Assembly: GCA_038087875.1 (NCBI GenBank)
Contig: CM075994.1
Span: forward strand, 2,296,001-2,360,000
Source: Malacoraja senta
Taxonomy: Eukaryota
Length of the DNA: 64,000 nt
Direction of reading: 5' to 3'
Position numbers and translations under genes: made by a program. This document shows, one piece after another, positions 51,290 to 61,257 of the stretch. The notes beneath the pieces were generated by a model. The model did no database searches. It saw only the letters and a program-made list of their open reading frames with translations, and was not told the DNA's origin. Each line of letters opens with the position of its first letter. Position 1 is the stretch's first letter.

Positions 51290-52059
51290 TCATATACTTA
51301 TTAAAACTCTGATCTTGTTAGTGTGTATATGTGTGTGTGTATATAGGGTTGTCTTTACATCTTCGTGAAAAAACTACACGGTAACGGTAACATTTTTACA
51401 TATTCCGGTTGACATTTTTCCCGTCGAGGCCGGGAACACCTTACCTGAACATTTCATGCTTTATTTCTCGACATTACTGATTAAAGTTTAAAAACATCAA
51501 AAGACTTTGAAATTAAAAACACCAGCTTCAAATGATGACGAAACAATGGCTCAGCTAGCAGAGACAAGCCTGAATGAAGTTCAAAATGCCAACTTTCACA
51601 AGATTTTTACATATTCTGATTCACATTTTCATCCTATATTTGACACGTTATTCGCGATTAAAGCTTTAAAAATGCCTACTTTCACAACATGTTTACATAT
51701 TCGGATTCACATTTCTCCCCTCGAGGCAGATCACTTTCACTGAACATTTTATGCTTTATTTCTCGACTTATTACTGATTAATTACCTTGAATTTCAAACC
51801 GACCAGCTTCAAATGATGACGTCTTTGAATTTCAAACTGACCAGCTTCAAATGATGATATCACAATGGCTTGACTAGAATGGGGAGGGCGATTTGCTATT
51901 GCAACACGCAGGGCAAGTGCAATTGGAATTTTTTTTAAAGATCACTGCTGAGGAAGGCAAGGGGAGTGCTGGAATCTTACGTTCGGGAACGGCTTGAGTT
52001 GGAGGACCACGAACGGGTGCGTTGGGGAAGCAGACCCAACGGGTCTGCAGTTGGTCTAG
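51290..52059 (+). mobile_element. Non-autonomous Helitron (divergent subfamily)
   Basis: 5' end A|TCATATACTTATTAAAACTCTGATCTTG. 3' hairpin GCAGACCC-AAC-GGGTCTGC (52030-52048) followed by AGTTGGTCTAG|T. No TSD. Confidence 0.82.
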
Positions 52060-53521
52060 TATTTACTAAAACTTTTCCCTAAAATTGTAGCACACAGCTC
52101 CTGTTTGCATTCTGGGCAGCAGATGGAGAAGGCAGGCATGGGTTATTGATTGGGGACGATCAGCCACGATCGCAATGAATGGCGGTGCTGGCTCAAAGGG
52201 CCGAATGGCCTCCTCCTGCACCTATTTTCTATGTTTCTTTGCAGGATTAAACACTGCACAGTAAGAACTTGGGGATTACCAAATACAAAGAGTGTAAACA
52301 ACATGAACTGTTATCAACCTGCACAATCATGTGGGGTGTCACAGTGGTGCAGCGGGTAGAGCTGCTTCCTCTCAGCGTCACAGACCCGGGTTTGATCCTG
52401 ACCTCGGGTGCTATATTTGTGGAGATTGCACCTTCTCCTTTAACCACGTGGATTTTTTAGGGGTGCTCCGGTTTCCTCCCACATCCGAAAGGCGTTGGGG
52501 TTTGTAGGTTCATTGGCCTCTGTAAATTGTCCCTCGTGTGTAGGGTGTGGATGCGAAAGTGGGATCACAGAACTAGTGTGGTCAGCGCGGACTTGGTAGG
52601 CCAAAGAACCAGTTTCCACACTATAGATAAAAAATATAAATAAATAAATAAGTCCCTTGATTGGCAAAGCAGATAGATTTGGAACTGTTTTTCAACAAAT
52701 GCAATGTGTTTTAGCCAGAGTAAGGGAATCAAGATAGACACAAAATGCTGGAGTAACTTAGCGGGTCAGGCAGCATCTCTGGAGGAAAGGAATAGGTGAC
52801 ATTTCAGGTCTCGACCCGAAACGTCACTTATTGCTTTTCTCTAAAGATGCTGCCTAAACCGCTGAGTTACACCAGCATTTTGTGTCTATCTTTGGAGTAA
52901 ACCAGCATCTGCAGTTCCTTCCAACACAGGGGAATCGAGAACCAGGGCATATAGGTTTAAGGTGAGAGAGGAAAGATTTAACATGAGCCTGAGGGGCAAC
53001 TTTTACACACAAAGGATGGTGGGTATATCGAAAGAGCTGCCAGAGGAGATACTGTAGTTGAGGCAGGTATTATCACAACATTTAAAAGACGTTTGAAGTA
53101 GTACATAGATAGGAAATTTTAGAAGGATATTTGGGCCAAACCAGTGTAGATGAGGCATCGTGCACATTATGCTCACCCTTTGTGTTGCTGTGCTGGGATC
53201 AATTGAGTCATGGAGCTATAAGAATAGAAACAGGCCCCTCAGTCCACTTTGTCCACGCTGACCAAGTTGTCTAGTCCCATTTGCCCCATATATCTCTCTA
53301 AACCTTACCTTTCCATATATCCGTCCAAATGTCTTTTGAAAGTTGTATTATATCTGTTTCATTAACTTCCTCCAACAGCTTGTTCCAGATACTATCTACT
53401 CTGAGTGAAAAAGTTGCCCCTGAGGTCTATCTTAAATCTGTCCCCTCTTAGTTTAAGCCTGCGCCCTCTAGTTTTAGAATCCTCTACCCCAGGAAAATGA
53501 TTGTGAGCATTCATTTTTTCC

Positions 53522-54682
53522 AAGGTAGACATAAAATGCTGGAGAAACTCAGCGGGTGAGGCAGCATCTATGGAGAGAAGGAATAGGCGACATTTCGGGT
53601 TGAGACCCTTCTTCAGACTGATGTCGGGGAGACCAGGAACAAGAATAAGAAAGGAAGAGGCGGAGGCAGTAGGCTTTGTGGGAGAGCTGGGAAGGGGGAG
53701 GGGGAGGGAGAAAGCAAGGGCTATCTAAAATTAGAGAAGTCATTGTTCATACAATTGGGGTGTAAACTACCTAAGCGAAATATGAGGTGCTGTTCCTCCA
53801 ATTTGCGCTGGGCCTCACTCTGGCATTGGAGGAGGCCCAGGACAGAAAGGTCAGATTGGGAATAGGAGGGGGAGTTGAAGTGCTGAGCAACCGGGAAATC
53901 AGGTTGGTTAATATGAACTGAGAGGAGGTGTTAGGCGAAGCGATCGCCAAGCCTGCGCTTGGTCTCGCCAATGGAGAGAGGTTGGCACATGGAACAGTAG
54001 ATGAGGTTGGAGGAGGTGCAGGTGAACCTCTGCCTCACCTGGAAAGACTGATTGGGTCCTCGGATGGTCGAGGAGGGAGGTAAAGCGACAAGTGTAGCAT
54101 TTCCTGCGGTTGCAGGGGAAAGTACCCGGGGAGGAGGTGGTTTGGGTAGGAAGGGACGAATTGACCAGGGAGTTGCGGAGGGAACGGTCTCTGCGGAAAA
54201 CAGAAAGGGGAGGAGATGGGAAGATGTGGCCAGTGGTATGATCCCGTTGGAGGTGGCAAAGATGTCCGAGGATTATATGTTGAATGCGACGGCTGATGGG
54301 GTGGAAGGTGAGGACAAGGGGGACTCTGTCCTTGTTATGAGTAGGGGGATGGGGAGTAAGAGCGGAGCTGCGGGATATAGAGGAAACCCTGGTGAGAGCC
54401 TCATCTATAATAGAAGAGGGGAACCCCCGTTCCCTAAAGAATGAGGACATCTCCGATGCCCTGGTATGCCCTCCCCCCCTCCCCTTCCCAGCTCTCCCAC
54501 AATGCCTACTGTCTCCGCCTCTTCCTTTCATTTCCCCCCCCCCCCTGACATCAGTCTGAAGAAGGGTCTCGACCCAAAACGTCGCCTATTCCTTCTCTCC
54601 ATAGATGCTGCCTCACCTGCTGAGTTTCTCCAGCATTTTGTGTCTATCTTCGATTTTTCCAGCATCTACAGTTCTTTCTTAA
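53522..54682 (-). mobile_element. Penelope-like element (Neptune/Poseidon type), 5'-truncated, with inverted pLTR
   Basis: Minus-strand FRERGFP...RVPLVLTFHP...FRRDRSLRNSLV...CNRRKCYTC, decayed YIG motif (SIGETKRRLGDRFA*H) and EEQHLIFRLGSLHP. The pLTR at 53522-53720(-) is mirrored at 54466-54682(+). Confidence 0.85.
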
Positions 54683-57600
54683 ACATTTGTTCATTTTATC
54701 CATGTTGCTCATGAGCCTGCATATGGAGTTTGTCTTTGGCCTTGTGTAGGAAGGAACTGCAGATGCTGGTTTACACCGAAGATAGACACAGAATACTGGA
54801 GTAACTCAGCGGGTCAGGCAGCATCTCTGGAGAAAAGGTGATGTTTCGGGTTCCGACCCGAAACGTCACCTACTCCTTTTCTCCAGGCATGCTGCCTGAC
54901 TTATTTTGTCTTCAGCTTTCCTGGTTTTAAGGTGGGCTCAGACACCACAGCTGTGAGTCAATGGTTAGAGCAGGATTTGTAGTGTGAATGAGTCTTTCAT
55001 TAGCTGGCAGAAATAGTCCTATGTACTCATTATTTGCTGATCAATAAAACTAGATTACAAATGTTGCCATTTCCAGAAATGAGAAAAGCACATGAACATG
55101 ATAATGGAAAATGATGAGAGAGCAGTTTACTTGAATTTGTAGAATTCAATGTATAATTATGTGTTTGCGGTGGTCACGGTGGTGGTGGTGGTTTTGGCAG
55201 AGGCGGCCGAGGGAGGCCCGACAGCAGCCGGGCGAGCGAGAGGATCAAGCGAAGGCAGAATAATTAAATACTTCATGGAAGTGGAGTCCTCCCAGAAATG
55301 CTATTTGCACAGAGGAATGAAAGGAAATCTGTACTAAAATGGTGTTGAGAAATTAATGGGACTGAAAGCCGATACATCCCCAAGGTTAATGACCTACATT
55401 CCAGCGCGTTGACAGGGTTAATGGAGGCATGTGTTGCCATCTTCCAACGTTTTACAGGTGGCAGGACAGCCCCGGCAGGTAGCAGGGTGGAAAATGTAAT
55501 TACAGTGCTTACAAAAAGAAGAGAAAAAAAAAAGAAATAGTTAACCTAATATCGTTAGCAGGAAAAGTGGTGGAGGGTGGCAAAGTGGCGCAACCGGTAG
55601 AGCTGCTGCCTCGTAGCACCAGAGTTCAATCATGACATCAGGCGCTGTCTATGTGGAGTTTGCATGTTCCACATGTGACCATGTGGGTTTCCTCCCACAT
55701 CCCAAAAACCTGTGGATTTGCAGGTTAATTGGCCCTCTGTAAATTACCTCCAGTGTGAAGGTAATGGATGGGAAAGTGGAATAACGTAGAACTAATGGTC
55801 GGCGTGGACTTGGTGGGCCGAGGGGCGTGTGTCTATGCTGTATCTCTAAACAGAACTAAACCCAGCATCGTAATTGCAGAAATCTCTGGAGCTGAAATGT
55901 GGGATCAGAGAACTATGCTTAGTCTTGTTTAGTCATTCAAGCAGAGAGTGAGTTCTTATTCCACATTCGGTTTACAGCCTATTTCAACGTAAAGCTCCTT
56001 TTGTTCTGTTTCCTCGGTAACCGTAAGGTCAAGGGAGAGAAACTCCTCTTTAGTTGCTATCAATAAATATGTGCCTGTTAAACTTGCCTCCCGCGCATTT
56101 GGTTCTACTGAAGTGCAAGGAATCAAATATGTAGAGGTGAGCAGGCTTGTATCTGATACTCTGACACGTCACTGGTGCTATCAGCTGCAACCTTCACCTC
56201 CACCAGCGTAACCTGAGAGTTATTACAGTGCTTTAGTTTTGTTTAGAGACAGCATGGAAACAGCCCCTTCGGCCCACCGAGTGTGCGCCAACCAACAATC
56301 ACCCATACATTAGTTCTATTCTACACACTAGGGACAATTTTTGTACAGAAGCCAATTAACCTGCAGATCTAGATGGGCACAAAGTGCTGGAGTAACTCAG
56401 TGGGTCAGGCAGCATCTCTGGAGAAAAAAGATGGGTGTTGTTTTGGGTTGGGATACTTCGTCAGACATTCTACCTTCTAAACTACAAACCTGAACGTTTT
56501 TGGAAATGTTAGAGAAAATCGGAGCACCCGGAGAAATACCCATGGGGAGAACATGCAAACTCCGCACAGACAGCACCCGAGATCAGGATCGAACCCAGGT
56601 CTCTGGCGCTGTAAGGCAGCAACTCTACTGCTGTGCCACTGTGCCATCCCCTGCTATCTACTGCAGAGTTGAGCTGCTGCCTTACTGTGCCAGAGACCTG
56701 CGTTCGATCCTGACCTTGTGTGCTGTTGGTGTGGAGTTTGTATGTTGTGCCTGTGACCGCGTGGGTTTCCTCCGGGCATTCCGGTTTCCTCGCACATCCC
56801 AAAGACTTACGGGTTTGTAGATTAATTGGCCCTCTGTGAATTATCCTTAATGTGACCCTAGAGAGTGGGAATATATAGAACTAGAATGACAAATTAGATT
56901 GATGTGGCCTCATGAAGTAATACAGTGTGGAAACAGGCCATTCGGCCCAACTTGCCCACACCCAGCAAAATTTCCCATCTACACTAGTTCTACCTACCTA
57001 CGTTTGGCCCGTATCCCTCTAAATCTTTCCTATCTCAGTACCTGTCCAAATGTTTTTTAAACATTGTCATAGTAGTGACTCAGTGGGCCGAAGGATCTGT
57101 TTCCAAGCAGTATATTTTTTATTCTGTAGTTTTGCAGTGCAGTTGTTTTGGCTTTGTAACTGGAAATGTTTTCCAAATGTGAGCTGTGCACTTCAACATG
57201 AATTCTGTTCACCTGCTATCGGGAGGCGTCTGTACCCCGAGGCAAAACCTGGGCGAGTCTGACACATCACCCTTGAAAGATGACGGTCGTCTGAACTGAA
57301 TGAAGTCAGTGAGTGCCTGGACTGGAAAATGGAAATTCGCAGCCAGGTGTGAAAAGGTATACGTTGAAGCTCACACATGAAAGACGCGGCCTTCGCTCTT
57401 ATTCTGAATACTTTGTCGAGGATTTGGACAATTTGTTAAGAAACTTGCGATAGACACAAAGTGCTGGAATAATTTAGCGGGTCAGGCAGCATCTCTGCAG
57501 AAAAATGGTGGATGATGTTTCGGGTTGGGACACTTCTTCAGACTGATGATAGTGACTCATGAGGCTGTGGGGCCTGTTTCTGTGCTGTATATCTAAATTT

Positions 57601-58919
57601 TGCAGGATAGTTGTTTTGGCTTTGTAACTGGAAATGACCAAATCTGAGCTATGAAATGTTAGTCTGAAGAAAGATCCCGACCCGAAACATCACCCATCCT
57701 TTTTCTCCAGAGTTGCTCCTGACCCGCTGAGTTACTCCAGCACTTTGTGTCTATCTTTGGTATAAACCAGCATCTGCAGTTCTATGTTTCTACATCTTGT
57801 TAAGAAGCCAGACAAACTGGTTCCTTCTTATAACTGAACCAAGAAACAATTTACCGCTGAAGACACAAAGTGCTGGAGAAGCTCAGCGGGTCAGGCAGCT
57901 TCTCAGGACATGGAGAGGAGACGATTCGACCTGAAATGTCTCCAATCTATGTTCTCCTGAGTTGCTGCCTGATCCGCTGTGCTATTCCAGCACTCTGTGT
58001 GTTATTTTGTAAACCAGCATCTGCAGTTTCTTGTTTCAACCATTTATCACTGCTAGGCAATCTGCCACCAGTCCTCCTGGTGAAAACTCTAACCTCAGAA
58101 GCTGTGAAGACCATTGCGTACCTGCACTCAAAACAACAATATCGAACTACAGCTTTAAAGAACCTTGTTTAGGCCGTATTTGGAATTTTGTATGTAGTTC
58201 TGTTCATTCTATTACGGGAAGGATGTGGAGTCTTTGGAAAGGGTGCAGAGGTGATTTACCAGAATGATGCATGGATTAGGGGGTATTAGCTACAGGGAGG
58301 GGTTGGACAAACTTGGATTGTTTTCTCTGGAATGCCTGAGGTTGCAGGGAGACCTGATGGAAGTATATAAAATTGTAAGATGCATAGATAGGGTTGACGG
58401 TCAGAATCTTTTTCCCAGCATGGAAAAGTCAAATATTAGCTTGAGGGTGAGAGGGGCAAAGTTGAAACGAGATGTGCGGAGCAAGTTTTTTACACAGATG
58501 GTGGTGAGTGCCTGGAACATACTGCCGTGGGTGGTGGTTGAAGCAGATACATTCGTGGGATTTAAAACACTTTTGGATAGGCACATGGATATGCAGGGCT
58601 ATGGGTTATGTGCAGGGCTATGGGTTATGTGCATAGTCTTGGCTTTGTACAGACTTTGTGGGTTGCTGGGCCTGTCCTTTTGCTAATACTGTTCTATGCT
58701 CCATGTTCTAAATTATTCAGGATGTAGGACATATCTAATCATTTGAATTGTTTTAAAGGCCACAGTAGTTTATACTTGCATTTAAAGTCAAGAGTGGCAA
58801 ATTGCAATTTGTACCAACAACAGAACAATGAAATTCATACTTGCTGCAGTTTAACAGGAAGGTAAATACAATACACACAGATAATATTTGATAATCAAAA
58901 ATAAAATAAATGAATAACC

Positions 58920-61248
58920 GTCTTCTTCTACTTGCGAATGAAACATAAACCAAAGGAAAGCCGGGTGTTGAGCAGCCAGGTTGTTGTCTCTGCGTCAATG
59001 TCTGCCAGGCCCTGAGCTCCATTTGGTGGGTGGTAGAGCGGGCACCCAGAGATGACAAGGTTGGCTGTCTGTTGTTCTACTCCGCATTCACAGGCTGGGC
59101 TCTGGCGGAGCCCCCATCTCCACATGTTGGCATTGAAACGCCCAACTCCAGTACGAAGTCTGTTGAGCTTCACCCATGCTCCTCTGGGGAGGTCAGACCC
59201 TGGACAGCTTTTATCTGGTGAAGAGATGTAGCTGTGTAATGGAGATGAGGTTTCCTTCCACTCCTGTGACCACTTGGTGGCTATCCAGTGTGCTTTTGTC
59301 TCAGTTGGCTGGATGGATGCTAGGAGTTGTTTTCCATGTGGAGCAAAGGGGTGACGGGACTTCAGTTGGGGTGGCCTCTGCTCTCTGCTGATAGCCTGAT
59401 GAAGGAGGTGATCTGGGTCCATGGCACGACGAGATAGTGCCAGAGTTGCTGCTTGCCTTCGGATCGCTGCAGGCGGAATGTCTGCAAGTATAAGGAGCTG
59501 CTCGACTGGAGTAGGTTGAAGGCACCCAGTGATGGGGGTTCGCAAGGTACTGTTCAGGCCCATGTGTACGGGTTCGCAAGGTACTGTTCAGGCCCATGTC
59601 TACCAGGCTAGTATGTCTACTACTTACTCCATACAGGTGCGCAGTACTCAGCTGGAGCATACACAAGAGCTAAGGCAGATGTGCGAAGAGTTGATGGACT
59701 GGCTCCCCAACTTGTTCCTGCCAGGCGTCGGATTAGGCCGCTACGTGCCATGACCTTGTCGTGGAGACCAGACAGGTGTTGACAGAATGTAAGCGGCCTG
59801 TCCAGCTTTAAACCGAGGTAAGTGGGTGTTTGTTGAACGTCCAAGCGCCTGTTGTTAACACAGACAGCTAGCTCTCGCTTAGCTTCCTTGTTGTTTAGAT
59901 GGAATGCTGTTGACACTGTTTTGCCTTCGCTCAGCTTTAGACGCCACTGTCGTAGGTATACTGCCAAAGTTTGCCAAAACAAGGTTAATTCCCGGGATGG
60001 CAGGACTGTCATTTGCTGAGAGAATGGAGTGGCTGGGCTTATATACTCTGGAGTTTAGAAGGTTGAGAGGGGATCTTATTGAAACATATAAGATTATTTA
60101 GGGTTTGGACACGCTAGAGGCAGGAAACATGTTCCCGATGTTGGGGGAGTCCAGAACCATGGGCCACAGTTTAAGAATAAGGGGTAAGCCATTTAGAACG
60201 GAGACGAGGAAACACTTTTTCTCACAGAGAGTTATGAGTCTGTGGAATTCTCTGCCTCAGACGGCGGTGGAGGCCGGTTCTCTGGATACTTTCAAGAGAG
60301 AGCTCGATAGGGCTCTTAAAGATAGCGGAATCAGGGGATATGGGGAGAAGGCAGGAACGGGGTACTGATTGGGGATGATCAGCCATGATCACATTGAAAG
60401 GCAGTACTGGCTCTAAGGACCGAATGGCCTACTCCTGCACCTAGTGTCCATTGTCTATTGTCTATTGTCCCCATGTCTTGACTCAAGAAGCTTTCGATTG
60501 TCTTCCATTTTTTGTGTCTCATCAGGATGGCTAGATCGTCAGCATATCCATATTTTCCAGCGATGGTCTCTGGGAGGTCATGGATGTACACATTGAAAAG
60601 CAGCGGAGCCAAGATGGATCCCTGTGGGACGCCATTGTTCAGTCTACGTAGACTACTCTGCTGTCCATCACTGGTCTTAAGCACAAAGCTGCAGTTTGAT
60701 ATCAATTCCATGATGTAGCGTACAATGCGCCTGTCTGGCAGCACCCGAAGTAGCTTTGCAGTTAGTCCCCAGTGCCACACAGTGTCATAGGCAGCTGTCA
60801 GATCTATAAGAACAGCTCCTGCCTTCTCATTTGCCTCAAAGCAGTCCTCGATGTCTTGGGTGAAGAGGGTTATCTGGTCCGCAGTAGATCGACCTTGGCG
60901 GAAACCAGCCTGCTCTTGGGGTAGTTGAGAGTCTATGATGGGGTTGATACACCCGTTGATCAGCCTCTCAAGGAGTTTGTATGGGATACAGAGGAGCGAG
61001 ATGGGCCGGTAGCTTTTAGGATCATCCTTTGGCTTGTTGAGCTTTGGGAGAGCGATGACTGTTGCATGACGCCGGATCCTTGGGATTTTGCACTTCTCCA
61101 TGGAGGTCAACGGGTACTGACATATCCAGTTGGTAGCAGCGTCTCCAGAATGTAGTAGAAACTCCGGGTGTATGCTGTCAGATCCGGGGGCCTTTCCTGC
61201 TTTCAACATCTTGTGTGCTGTGGCCATTTCCTCGGAGGTGAAAGCCAT
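58920..61248 (-). mobile_element. Vingi/Ingi-like LINE, 5'-truncated
   Basis: KAPGSDSI, SYRPISLL, IDLTAAYDTVWH, GVPQGSILAP, YADDL, YLRQWRLKLS..KTVSTAFHLNNKEA. C-terminal WVKLNRLRTGVGRF...WG...CECG...CP with no RNase H; (GAA)-like tail. Confidence 0.75.
59980..60468 (+). mobile_element. CR1 3' fragment inserted into the Vingi-like RT
   Basis: [10 protein letters not shown]...RKHFFSQRV and a (CTATTGT)n tail. It splits the host frame between SQDM and TLAVYLRQW. Confidence 0.82.
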
Positions 61249-61257
61249 TGTGTTTAA

